A stretch of DNA of 52,140 nucleotides. Source: a virus. Its lineage: Duplodnaviria > Heunggongvirae > Uroviricota > Caudoviricetes. Positions within the stretch are counted from its first letter, which is position 1. Every line of letters begins with the position of its first letter. The position numbers were made by a program, and so were the translations under genes. The stretch lies in IMG/VR virus record IMGVR_UViG_3300027770_000034. One strand, 5' to 3'. This document shows positions 8,657 to 18,388 of the stretch, piece after piece. The notes beneath the pieces are model-generated. The model made no database searches and had not been told where the DNA came from. It saw only the letters and a list, made by a program, of their open reading frames with translations.

Positions 8657-11365
8657 ATGTCAATTAGGGTAAATAAAGGTAATTTTAAAATAAATGCAAT
8701 TGCGAGAGCGGTTCTTACGTTTATTCCACCTACACCAACTCCAACGACAACACCAACAACAACTCCGACAGCAACAGTTGGAACAAGTCCTACTCCAACT
8801 CCAAGTATCACTGCAAGTCCTACTTTAACAAAAACGCCAACAGTAACTCCTACGCCTTCAATAACCGCATCTCAAACAGTAACACCAACAAATACTGCAA
8901 GTCAAACACAAACTCCAACACCTTCAATTACTGCTAGCCAAACCGTAACACCAAGTAATACCGCAACTCAAACACAAACTCCTACACCAAGTATAACTGC
9001 ATCACAAACTGTAACACCAAGTAATACTGCAACTCAAACACAAACTCCTACACCATCAATTACTGCTAGTCAAACACCAACACAAGGCTCAACACCAACT
9101 CCAACAATAACTCAAACACAAACTCCAACACCTTCAATTACTGCTAGCCAAACCGTAACACCAAGTAATACTGCAACTCAAACACAAACTCCTACGCCTT
9201 CAATCACCGCATCACAAACCGTAACACCAAGTAATACTGCAACTCAAACACAAACTCCTACGCCTTCAATCACCGCATCACAAACTGTGACACCAAGTAA
9301 TACTGCAACTCAAACACAAACTCCTACGCCTTCAATCACCGCATCACAAACTGTGACACCAAGTAATACCGCAACTCAAACTCAGACTCCTACACCAAGT
9401 ATAACCGCATCACAAACCCAAACTCCTACACCAAGTATAACCGCATCACAAACCCAAACTCCTACACCAAGTATAACCGCTAGCCAAACAGTAACTCCAA
9501 CTAATACCGCAACTCAGACTCAAACACCAACTCCAAGTATAACTGCATCACAAACACAAACACCAACTAATACTCCAACACCAACTAATACGCCAACTAA
9601 TACTTCAACCCCTACTAATACTCCAACTCAAACAGTAACACCATCATCAGTTCTTTATAATTGTGCATCTTGTACAGGAACAGGGTGGGTTCCATATAGT
9701 AGTACTCAATGTTATAAACAAACAGTAAGTGCCGCAACTCCTCCAACATATACAGTACCATTACAAAGAACTGGGTTTGTTGATTATTCAATAAATGGTA
9801 CAAGATTCTTTAACTCTGGATATACTATTGGTGGAACTGGGTCAGTACAAGCAACATCAACAACAAATAACATTTGGTACAATCAAGTACCAAATAGTTC
9901 TACGGGACCAATGAATAGAAGTGCAATTTGGTACACTGCAGATACTTTACAAAATACTTGGATAGGATTTTCAACTTGTTTATCGGCGTCAACAATTAAT
10001 GCGACCAAGACTTACTACATTGGTACGGGTGCGGATAATGAATTCAGACTTGTGTTAGATGGTCAAGTTATAATTGATACGACTTATGGTAGTATGCCAG
10101 CTAGCGATAAATTTAAATATTGGAATGTTTATCCTGTAACAATTCCTGCGGGTAATCATACTCTTGAATTATATGGTTTAGATTATGGAGTAGTTGCAGG
10201 GTTTGGTATGGAAATTTATGATAATACATTAACCCAATTGACCGCAGCAACTTCAACAAGTAATTTGAATATTATTTGGTCAAGTAGCGGATACACAACA
10301 GCTGAAATAGTACAAGATACTTCAGGTTATTATTTATCTTCAGGGTATACTTGTACTTATCCTGCGGTTTATTCAGTATGTAGTGGTGGATGTATTGATT
10401 ACGTATATTGTGATGCACCAGGTATAACACCAACTCCAACACATACCGCAACTCAAACAAATACTCCGACAAATACTTCAACTAAGACACCAACTCAGAC
10501 TCAAACTCCTACACCAACTAATACCGCAACTCAGACTCAAACTCCTACACCATCAATTACTGCTAGTCAAACACAAACACCTACACCAAGTATAACTGCA
10601 TCACAAACACCAACACCAACTCAAACACAAACAGGAACCGCAGCAGTAACACCAACACCAACTCCTACACCATTTGCAACATTTGTAGCATCATTTAGTT
10701 TCACAAGCCAAAGTGATGTATGTTATCAAAGTGGGATAATTCCTATTGATAATTTCAGAATAATTAACAGTAGAACTGCTGGTTCAGATTTCTGTGATAA
10801 TAGTATACAAGTAAGAAGTGCAATTATTGATGGAGCAACGTCTAATTTTATTTGGTTAAAATTACAAGGAACTGAAACAGTTAGAATGTTCCAAATACTA
10901 TTGAATACTTTAGGAGGATATTATTATGCAATACCATACGAAGCTTGTACAACTTGTCCTACCCAAACCCCAACTCCTACCCAAACTCCTACCCAAACTC
11001 CTACCCAAACACCAACTCAAACACCAACAGAAACACCACCAGGAACATTTACAATTTCATGGACAAATAATTTTATAAACACTGGAACAAATACTTTGAA
11101 CATATACAAGAACGCTGTTTTAATAGTAAACCAATCTGGACAAGGTAATAATTCGTTTTCAGTTAATAGTAATGATGTTATAACTTATGAATTAATATCC
11201 ACCACACCTGACTATACCGAAGTTCAAATAATTGATAATATAAATGGTACTATTTCAAATTGTGGATACGGAAGTGCAAGTGTTGCAGAAACAAATGGGT
11301 ATTCCTATACAAGTAACGCTACAATAGATGGAGTCACAACAAATTACGTAGGTGGATGTCCATAA
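8657..11365 (+). CDS. Thr-Pro mucin-like putative virion protein with Cys-bounded PA14-like domain
   Basis: Long TPTPSITASQTVTPSNTATQTQ repeats flank a domain containing YYIGTGADNEFRLVLDGQVIID..GNHTLELYG. Confidence 0.75.
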   Translation: MSIRVNKGNFKINAIARAVLTFIPPTPTPTTTPTTTPTATVGTSPTPTPSITASPTLTKTPTVTPTPSITASQTVTPTNTASQTQTPTPSITASQTVTPSNTATQTQTPTPSITASQTVTPSNTATQTQTPTPSITASQTPTQGSTPTPTITQTQTPTPSITASQTVTPSNTATQTQTPTPSITASQTVTPSNTATQTQTPTPSITASQTVTPSNTATQTQTPTPSITASQTVTPSNTATQTQTPTPSITASQTQTPTPSITASQTQTPTPSITASQTVTPTNTATQTQTPTPSITASQTQTPTNTPTPTNTPTNTSTPTNTPTQTVTPSSVLYNCASCTGTGWVPYSSTQCYKQTVSAATPPTYTVPLQRTGFVDYSINGTRFFNSGYTIGGTGSVQATSTTNNIWYNQVPNSSTGPMNRSAIWYTADTLQNTWIGFSTCLSASTINATKTYYIGTGADNEFRLVLDGQVIIDTTYGSMPASDKFKYWNVYPVTIPAGNHTLELYGLDYGVVAGFGMEIYDNTLTQLTAATSTSNLNIIWSSSGYTTAEIVQDTSGYYLSSGYTCTYPAVYSVCSGGCIDYVYCDAPGITPTPTHTATQTNTPTNTSTKTPTQTQTPTPTNTATQTQTPTPSITASQTQTPTPSITASQTPTPTQTQTGTAAVTPTPTPTPFATFVASFSFTSQSDVCYQSGIIPIDNFRIINSRTAGSDFCDNSIQVRSAIIDGATSNFIWLKLQGTETVRMFQILLNTLGGYYYAIPYEACTTCPTQTPTPTQTPTQTPTQTPTQTPTETPPGTFTISWTNNFINTGTNTLNIYKNAVLIVNQSGQGNNSFSVNSNDVITYELISTTPDYTEVQIIDNINGTISNCGYGSASVAETNGYSYTSNATIDGVTTNYVGGCP
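8730..9640 (+). repeat. Imperfect coding tandem repeat, 66-bp/22-aa unit TPTPSITASQTVTPSNTATQTQ with shorter variants
   Basis: Repeated units visible in both DNA and translation. Boundaries are approximate. Confidence 0.8.
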
Positions 11366-11384
11366 GACAAAATAAAAAATAATT

Positions 11385-11394
11385 GATATTTATA
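11385..11394 (+). promoter_or_regulatory. Putative late-promoter motif GATATTTATA
   Basis: Lies 4 nt before the ATG at 11399. The same 10-mer precedes the ATG at 50538. Confidence 0.5.
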
Positions 11395-11398
11395 AACA

Positions 11399-12028
11399 AT
11401 GGCAAATATAAACGTTTTTGATACTAATAACATAAAGTCTACAGGTTTAACCGTAAATGGTGTAACCGTGCTTTCAGGTAATAGTTCTGCGAGTATATTA
11501 ACTGTAACTGGTCAGACAGGAACGTTTATGGAAGTGATTGATGACCCTACCTCTAATTTGTTGTGGGGTATATCAGGAGACACGGGTGCTGTTTTTGATG
11601 TTAATGATGATTCTATTAACGCATATGTCAATTTTAACTATACGGGAAATACAACAACCTCAGGAAATACAACAATTACTGGTTCGTTAAGTGCGACAAC
11701 AAAATCGTTTGATATTGCCCACCCAACAAAAGAAGGATATAGAATTACTTATGGTTGTTTGGAAGGACCTGAACATGCAGTTTATCATAGGGGAAGAACA
11801 AACTCAGATATAATTGAATTACCTGAATATTGGTCAGGGTTGGTAGATGTAAATACAACAACAGTTCAGCTAACACCAAACGGCGAATACACACCACATT
11901 GGGTTGATAAGATTGAAGACAATCAAATATACATCAAATCTGAATCAGGAAAAATTGATTGTTTTTTCCTTGTACATGGTGAAAGACAAGATGTTCCAAA
12001 GATTCTTGTTGTTTACAAATCACTTTAA
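11399..12028 (+). CDS. Short fibre-like protein with C-terminal S74-like chaperone domain
   Basis: TKSFDIAHPTKEGYRITYGCLEGPEHAVYHRG..IELPEYWSGLV aligns by eye with the C-terminus of 4572..8018. Confidence 0.75.
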   Translation: MANINVFDTNNIKSTGLTVNGVTVLSGNSSASILTVTGQTGTFMEVIDDPTSNLLWGISGDTGAVFDVNDDSINAYVNFNYTGNTTTSGNTTITGSLSATTKSFDIAHPTKEGYRITYGCLEGPEHAVYHRGRTNSDIIELPEYWSGLVDVNTTTVQLTPNGEYTPHWVDKIEDNQIYIKSESGKIDCFFLVHGERQDVPKILVVYKSL

Positions 12029-12029
12029 A

Positions 12030-14312
12030 TTATAACGGCAAACTATTAAACACTTGTAATGGTGTGATAGATTTTTGACAAATATGTTGTCTCTCAGTTC
12101 CTTTATAAACTGGACACCAATCCCAATCACCACCATCAAACGTTAACACAGGGTCATTCCAACATTTAATACAAAGGTTGTTTGAAACTCTTGTCATGTT
12201 ATATGAAAACTCATGATTATTTTCACTGAATCCTGCAATCATAACTGTTTTTTTACCTAACGCCCAGTTCATCCAAGATAGACCTGAACTTAAACCTACG
12301 AAGAAATCTGCGTGGAATAAAACATTCATAACTTCAGACCAATCTTTGGTATGGTTGTGTATGACACCATCAATATTGTATTTCTTTAATGATAAAATTA
12401 CAACTTCATATCCCAATTCTTTTAACATTTTTGAAAGGGTAACCCAATTTTCAAAAACCCATTCTTTACAACCCGCAGTTGATTGAGGACCAAAAACAAC
12501 ATATTTCTTTTTTATTGGTCTTGCTTTAGGTGTGAAATTTAAACTATAATTCATCTCCCTGTATTTCAAACCTAAGATATCTGTTGCGGTTTGTTGTAGA
12601 GGAATTAGATTAATCTGAGTTGGATAATTATCAAACTTTCTCCAAGTTTGATTATCATCTTTAAACCAACCTAATCTATAGACCACATCACAATTAGTTG
12701 ACTCACCAGGTTTTATGAATGAAATGTCACTATAATCTTTGGAACCTTCAAACCATTCATTGTGGAATGTACTTAAAACAACCTTACATTTTTTTTCATT
12801 CATTAATTCAATTGCATAAGGTGCCCATGCTAATGTGTCACCGATAGCCTTTGTTTCAAAAGAGATTAAAACAGTTTTATTCTCCAAACTAAATCTATCA
12901 ACAATTTCTCCGTTAACTTTTATAATCCAAGGAATGAAATATTTTTTGGAGCTGGCAACCCACATATTATTGGTAATTGTTTGAGAATGAATTACCTTAT
13001 CATTATCACCATTGATGAACTCAACAAAATATTCTTTTTTCTCATCACCTAAAACTTCAAATCTTGGACCATCTAAGTAATTTATAATAAATCTATTTTC
13101 TTTTTTTGGTTTATCTAACCAAGGTTTTCTTTCTAAGAAATCGTTAATTGTTTCCAATCCTATTTCAGCAATACGTTCCCAATTAAATTCTTCTCTAATC
13201 TGTTCTGATTCTACTAATGCAAATGTTTTATATCTTTTATAATCACCATAAACCGCAATCATCTTTTCACCTAAATCATCAAAATCGGGTTCATAATAAT
13301 TTCCAACATTATCATTGAAATGATTATATGTGCTAGCACTTACTGGTAATTCGTGTGATATCTTAACAGGAATACCTTTACCTTCACCAAATTCTAATTG
13401 ACCTGAACAATCTGAATAGATTGATGGAGTACCACAAGCCATCGCTTCAATAAGAGGTAAGTTCCAACCTTCAGCTCTTGCACAAGATACAAATACACTA
13501 CAAGATTTTAATAGTCTAATATATTCTTCTCTTGGTGGGAAATGAAGAATCTTAATCCTATCATCTTCCAAACCATAATGTTTTAATCTTTCTTCAGTTG
13601 AATTCAATCCATCATTTGAGAATGGGTTATCAACAGAAACAATTAATTCAACAGGTTCGTTATTATTGAATGTGTTTACAAAAGTTTCAATAACCTCCTT
13701 GATGGACTTTCTATAATCCCATCTTCCTGCTAAAAAGAATGTGAACTTATCTTTTGTTAATGGGTGAGTAACCTCTGTGTCAGGGTAGAATGTGTTTACA
13801 TCAACACCTTCAGGTACCACCTTAATTCTATTTGGGTCATAACCTTGTGCAATGGTACAATCTCTTTGCCATTTTGATGGAACCCACATTTCATCAAACT
13901 CTTTTAACTTATTAAAGTATTGTTGAGGTTGTAAGGTTGATTCCCATACGTTGTAGGCAATTTTTGGACCATCGTAGTTATCGTAAAAAATGTGATGATT
14001 TGTTTCACACAATACAATATTGACATCAGGTTCAAACTCTTTAGATACATCAGGGTATAAAGGGAAATCACCTCTTGTTTTATCTGAGTTCCAAAGGATT
14101 TGTTTGTATAATAATTTTTTATCAATCTCATTAAAATAATGTTCATTATCATGAGCATTTTTATTGTATCCTTTCCACGATTTACCGACAGTAAAGTTTC
14201 TAACTTTAATATCTGCGTGTTTATCTAAATGTCTGAAAAAATCTCTTGTGTGTTGATTATATCCTGTGTCACCAACGTAAGAACCGTGGGCATAAATTTT
14301 AGGTTTGCTCAT
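12030..14312 (-). CDS. Fusion of a GT4-family glycosyltransferase and a TibC/Aah-like (BAHT) protein O-heptosyltransferase
   Basis: The N-terminal half has the GT4 motifs VWES, WVPSKW, GRWDYRK and EGWNLPLIEAMACG (EX7E). The C-terminal half has WVASSKKYF, VLISF..AIGDTLAWAPY, FFVGLSSGLSWMNWALGKKTVMIAGFS and the four-Cys segment CIKCWND..FD..DWDWCP..KGTERQHICQKSITP.QV, all recalling Aah/TibC. Confidence 0.85.
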   Translation of the reverse strand: MSKPKIYAHGSYVGDTGYNQHTRDFFRHLDKHADIKVRNFTVGKSWKGYNKNAHDNEHYFNEIDKKLLYKQILWNSDKTRGDFPLYPDVSKEFEPDVNIVLCETNHHIFYDNYDGPKIAYNVWESTLQPQQYFNKLKEFDEMWVPSKWQRDCTIAQGYDPNRIKVVPEGVDVNTFYPDTEVTHPLTKDKFTFFLAGRWDYRKSIKEVIETFVNTFNNNEPVELIVSVDNPFSNDGLNSTEERLKHYGLEDDRIKILHFPPREEYIRLLKSCSVFVSCARAEGWNLPLIEAMACGTPSIYSDCSGQLEFGEGKGIPVKISHELPVSASTYNHFNDNVGNYYEPDFDDLGEKMIAVYGDYKRYKTFALVESEQIREEFNWERIAEIGLETINDFLERKPWLDKPKKENRFIINYLDGPRFEVLGDEKKEYFVEFINGDNDKVIHSQTITNNMWVASSKKYFIPWIIKVNGEIVDRFSLENKTVLISFETKAIGDTLAWAPYAIELMNEKKCKVVLSTFHNEWFEGSKDYSDISFIKPGESTNCDVVYRLGWFKDDNQTWRKFDNYPTQINLIPLQQTATDILGLKYREMNYSLNFTPKARPIKKKYVVFGPQSTAGCKEWVFENWVTLSKMLKELGYEVVILSLKKYNIDGVIHNHTKDWSEVMNVLFHADFFVGLSSGLSWMNWALGKKTVMIAGFSENNHEFSYNMTRVSNNLCIKCWNDPVLTFDGGDWDWCPVYKGTERQHICQKSITPLQVFNSLPL

Positions 14313-14321
14313 TTGTTAAAT

Positions 14322-14362
14322 TATTTATTGAAAATATAAAGGATATGTGTTATAATTTCAAT
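14322..14362. promoter_or_regulatory. Divergent promoter region of the glycan cassette
   Basis: Plus strand: TATTTAT at 14322-14328 and TTGAAA(14328-33)-17 nt-TGn-TATAAT(14351-56). Minus strand: near-match ATTG-20 nt-TATATTTT (14331-14362). Confidence 0.45.
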
Positions 14363-14377
14363 TGAAAACTAAATATT

Positions 14378-15022
14378 ATGGCACAAGGAGTACATAAAAT
14401 AACAGAAGATTTTGAAAAAGCTCTGTGTGACTACACGGGAGCCCCTCATGCAATCGCATTAGATAACATGAGTAACGCATTATTTTTGGCGTTATACTAT
14501 GAAAAAAACATTAAAAAAACATTAACGAGTGATACTGTTGATTGTCCATCAAAGACATATCCTTCGGTTCCTTGTGAAATAATTCATGCAGGATTGAAAG
14601 TTAATTTTACACCTGTTGAAGGAAAAACAATCAAAGGAGCCTATACCCTATCACCATCCAACGTAGTAGACTCAGCACTCAGATTTACGGCTGATATGTA
14701 CCAAGCGGGTACTCACATGTGTTTATCTTTTACAGGTCCGTATAAGACCTTAAAATTGAGCAAAGGTGGTGCAATTATTACCGATGATTATCAGGCGATG
14801 TTATGGTTCAAAAGAGCAAGATTTAGTGGAAGGAGAGAATGTTCATATCATGATGACCATTTTGACATGCTCGGTTGGAATTTTTATATGATGCCAGAAC
14901 TTTCGGCAAGAGGGTTATTGATGATGACACAGTTCTACAATTTAGATGGGACAAAAAAACATAATGCGGATTTGGAATTACCTTATCCTGACTTATCAAA
15001 ATACGAAATTTATAACAAATGA
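14378..15022 (+). CDS. DegT/DnrJ/EryC1/StrS-family PLP sugar aminotransferase, short form
   Basis: FEKALCDYTGAPHAIAL, VDSA, SFTGPYK (catalytic Lys position), GGAIITDD, GWNFYM. At 214 aa it is shorter than typical members. Confidence 0.8.
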   Translation: MAQGVHKITEDFEKALCDYTGAPHAIALDNMSNALFLALYYEKNIKKTLTSDTVDCPSKTYPSVPCEIIHAGLKVNFTPVEGKTIKGAYTLSPSNVVDSALRFTADMYQAGTHMCLSFTGPYKTLKLSKGGAIITDDYQAMLWFKRARFSGRRECSYHDDHFDMLGWNFYMMPELSARGLLMMTQFYNLDGTKKHNADLELPYPDLSKYEIYNK

Positions 15023-15600
15023 AATTAGCATTATTTGGATACGGGGGGCATGCTCGTGAGGTTGCGGTACAGATAGGTCAAGATGTGACCTTCTTTGTTG
15101 ATGATGACTATGTAACAGAAAAGACTAAACCTATTAGTTCATTTGACCCGTCTGAATATGTTATGATGGTCGCGGTATCGGATGTAAACGATAGAAAAAG
15201 AATTGTTGACTCACTTCCAAAAGAAACAAAATATTTCACGTTTGTTCACCCAACAGTTCTTAGTATGGATAACAATATTGAAATCGGTGAAGGAAGTTTT
15301 ATCGGAGCGTATTCAATATTAACAACCAATATTAAAGTTGGAAAACATTCAATATTAAATAGAGGAAATCAAATCGGTCATGATTCAATAATTGGAGATT
15401 ACTTTAGTGCGATGCCAGGTGCTATTATTTCGGGTAATGTTATTTTAGGAGAAAATGTTTATATGGGAACTAATTCTTCAATCAGAGAAAAAATTCATGT
15501 GTGTTCAAATGTAACAATTGGGTCAAATGCAACGGTTGTAAAAAATATTATAACAGGTGGGACATATGTTGGAGTTCCTGGTAAATTCAAAAAAAATTAA
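15019..15600 (+). CDS. PglD/NeuD-family sugar acetyltransferase (hexapeptide repeat)
   Basis: LFGYGGHAREV N-terminus, FVHP, hexapeptide repeats including IGHD, and GTYVGVPGK at the C-terminus. Confidence 0.85.
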   Translation: MKLALFGYGGHAREVAVQIGQDVTFFVDDDYVTEKTKPISSFDPSEYVMMVAVSDVNDRKRIVDSLPKETKYFTFVHPTVLSMDNNIEIGEGSFIGAYSILTTNIKVGKHSILNRGNQIGHDSIIGDYFSAMPGAIISGNVILGENVYMGTNSSIREKIHVCSNVTIGSNATVVKNIITGGTYVGVPGKFKKN

Positions 15601-15601
15601 C

Positions 15602-16504
15602 ATGGTCCTTAAACATAGTTCAGATAAAATAACTTTTATTGTAGATACAATTCATTCAATTGGGTATGAGACAAAGGGTGCATCAATTGCTTGTCATAGG
15701 TTGGCTTATGAGCTGGCTAATCAGGGTCACTACGTTTATATTTTTAATGAACCGTTTTATCCTCATGAAAATATTGGAGTAATACCCGTTGAAAAAAGAA
15801 ATGAAGATGATGGGTGGTGGAATAAATTTTATTGGACACCATTTGGATATAATCCTGAAAGAACAGTTTCAATATACACTCAAATAACGTGGGGTAACCC
15901 GATGAATACAATTCATAATGTAAGATGGGTATTACACGATTATGAGTCTGTGCAATGGGAGACATTTGGTGATAATGAATATGTTTGTAATTTTGGAACA
16001 TTTCAAGTTCCTGAAGGAATTAAACAAACTAAATTGACTATTTTTGATTATAAGTTTGATAAGTTTTATGATAAAAATAATCCAAGTAGAAAAGGTTTTG
16101 GACATATAATCCATAAGAATACTCCTGAATGGGGGTTAGAATTTTTAAAACAATTTGGGTCAACAGAAATATCACATTATAACGGACAAAAAAATCTTGA
16201 TTATTTAACGGACGAGTTCAACAAGTATGAATATGTTTTAACTTTTGATGATAAGTCATATTATACCACGGCAGCCGCTCTGTGTGGAACCAAGAGTATT
16301 ATTTTGAATCCAAATGAGAATATAACACCATCGGAATATAGATTAGAAAACCCTATTCAAATGTGCGGTGTTGCATATGGGATGAACAATATAAAATGGG
16401 CAGACCAAACGATTGGGTTGGTTAGAGACCATTTATTAGAATTGGAAAAAAGAGATAAACAAACAATATCTAATTTTTTAGAATATTGGAATAAAACATT
16501 ATAA
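15602..16504 (+). CDS. Putative glycosyltransferase, WavQ-like
   Basis: ACHRLAYELANQGH, WGNPMN..NVRWVLH, YYTTAAALCGTKSII. The ATG at 15602, right after the upstream stop, is preferred to the track start at 15557. Confidence 0.5.
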   Translation: MVLKHSSDKITFIVDTIHSIGYETKGASIACHRLAYELANQGHYVYIFNEPFYPHENIGVIPVEKRNEDDGWWNKFYWTPFGYNPERTVSIYTQITWGNPMNTIHNVRWVLHDYESVQWETFGDNEYVCNFGTFQVPEGIKQTKLTIFDYKFDKFYDKNNPSRKGFGHIIHKNTPEWGLEFLKQFGSTEISHYNGQKNLDYLTDEFNKYEYVLTFDDKSYYTTAAALCGTKSIILNPNENITPSEYRLENPIQMCGVAYGMNNIKWADQTIGLVRDHLLELEKRDKQTISNFLEYWNKTL

Positions 16505-16506
16505 TA

Positions 16507-18387
16507 GTGGAAAAACAAGTAGGGTTAGTTGAAGTGTGGTTAGGTAAAATACCTGACTATTTCCAGTATCATCTTGAAACAATAGGGACAATATCCTGTG
16601 CCGACTTTTACTTCTTTACCAACGATAGAGAGTACGATTTTTCTCAAATTAAACATGACAACTTTCATTTAAATTACATAGATGAAACTGAATTTTTAGA
16701 GAGATTTAATAAAACATCAAACATTAAAGTTGATAAGATATCACACCCAAAGAAGATTATTGATTTCAAATTAGCTTATTTTGAGATGTTTTCTGACTAC
16801 GTTGGAAACTACCCATATGTTGGAATATACGATATTGATACAATGTTTGGTGATATTAATCAAACCATATTGGATAGTGTTAATCGTTATGATTTTATCT
16901 CTGTGGGTGATGAAGTATACCATAACAGATTGAGTGGGCCTTTGATGATTGTTAGAAATACCAAAGAATTCCACGACTTAATGAAGACCGATAGATACTA
17001 TGAAACATTAGTACAGGAAGACATATATGGTTACGGAGAACAAGAGTTATCTGTCATTGCGATGAACAACTATAAGACCAAGATAATCTACTCAATGAAT
17101 ACCGAAACAAATAATGGTGGAAAAAACAGTTACGATGTTTGTTGGAGTGGTGGTAAGTTAATTGTAAATAAAGAGGAGAAGTTAATCTATCATTTTATTA
17201 GGAAGAACCACACCATTTTTCAAAAGGTTGGAAACCAAATATTCGGTAGATATGATAAACAGTTTGCTGAAGACTTTTATTGGGTGTTTGGATTTACAGA
17301 GAATTACTCTCAGACAGTGCCATATTTGATGGATTCAATTAACAAATATTCTAATAGGATGTGTGTTATCTATACCATAAATTTTGATTATCAAATACCT
17401 AAAAAATTTTTAACAAGTGGTCAATTTATATTCAAAAGAATTGACATACCTGAGGGAAAAAAAGATTATAGAGGAAGAGATGAAAACATTATTAGCTCCA
17501 AACCAAAATTAATGTTGGATGTTTTGAATTTCTTACCAAACAAAAAATTCATCTTTATTGATAGTGATGTTAGCTTAACAGTTAGTGCTGACGACATCAG
17601 TAAGTATTTTTCAAGATTAACCAACTTTCCATTAATCAATTCACACACTCATGACAGAATTTATTTAAGTGGATTGGTTGAAGGTGAGCAGTGGACCAGT
17701 ACGATTGATATTGTTGCGAATAAAGTTGGGGTAGAGGTATGTGTTTATCCAAGAAGAAAGACAAACATTATGTTGTTTGATGAAAATTCAAGATGGTTTT
17801 TCCAAGAACAGATTGACCTATATGAAACGTATAAGGATAGTGAACCTGGTATATTTGCCTTTCATGATGAGGACTCAGCTAATCTAATTCTTTCAAAATA
17901 TAAATTATTTGATTGTCTTCATTTATGTGATATTGAAGAATGTGACGACATTGATATGGGTAAATTTTCAGATACCAATCATCCATTTCATATGACAGGG
18001 TTGTCTCCATTTTTGGTGTTACCAAAACATCAAAATGATGTGGTATTCTTTCACGGGCTAAAAGACATTGGTAGATTCCAATCCATAGAGAGGACATATG
18101 GAAACACTGTACTTGATTGTGAAGAATTGTTAGTAACCTATTCAAACAATTCTATTTTCTTTGAGAAGAACTCATTTTTAACTTCTAAAAAGATTGATGA
18201 GAATGTTGATTTCATAATATCTGACTTAGATGGTAATATCATTGAAAAATTAGAGAATCAACAACTAATGAATTATTGGGTTTTTTACCTATCAAATGTT
18301 TTTTTAGAAAAAAAATCTTATATTATTGAGATAGTTAAAACCCATAGTAAGGTCAAAATTTATAATAATCTTTTAAAAATACAATAA
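16507..18387 (+). CDS. Two-domain putative GT-A glycosyltransferase (DUF6625-like N-terminal domain plus a second DxD domain)
   Basis: GTG start. VWLGKIPDYFQY..IDFKLAY..GIYDIDTMFGDI in the first half and SSKPKLMLD..FIFIDSD in the second half. Confidence 0.55.
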   Translation: MEKQVGLVEVWLGKIPDYFQYHLETIGTISCADFYFFTNDREYDFSQIKHDNFHLNYIDETEFLERFNKTSNIKVDKISHPKKIIDFKLAYFEMFSDYVGNYPYVGIYDIDTMFGDINQTILDSVNRYDFISVGDEVYHNRLSGPLMIVRNTKEFHDLMKTDRYYETLVQEDIYGYGEQELSVIAMNNYKTKIIYSMNTETNNGGKNSYDVCWSGGKLIVNKEEKLIYHFIRKNHTIFQKVGNQIFGRYDKQFAEDFYWVFGFTENYSQTVPYLMDSINKYSNRMCVIYTINFDYQIPKKFLTSGQFIFKRIDIPEGKKDYRGRDENIISSKPKLMLDVLNFLPNKKFIFIDSDVSLTVSADDISKYFSRLTNFPLINSHTHDRIYLSGLVEGEQWTSTIDIVANKVGVEVCVYPRRKTNIMLFDENSRWFFQEQIDLYETYKDSEPGIFAFHDEDSANLILSKYKLFDCLHLCDIEECDDIDMGKFSDTNHPFHMTGLSPFLVLPKHQNDVVFFHGLKDIGRFQSIERTYGNTVLDCEELLVTYSNNSIFFEKNSFLTSKKIDENVDFIISDLDGNIIEKLENQQLMNYWVFYLSNVFLEKKSYIIEIVKTHSKVKIYNNLLKIQ

Positions 18388-18388
18388 C

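Noticed and set aside
1-9640. Possible CRISPR array or non-coding satellite
   Set aside because: The periodicity is 9 nt or 66 nt with synonymous third-position variation and no unique spacers, so these are coding repeats.
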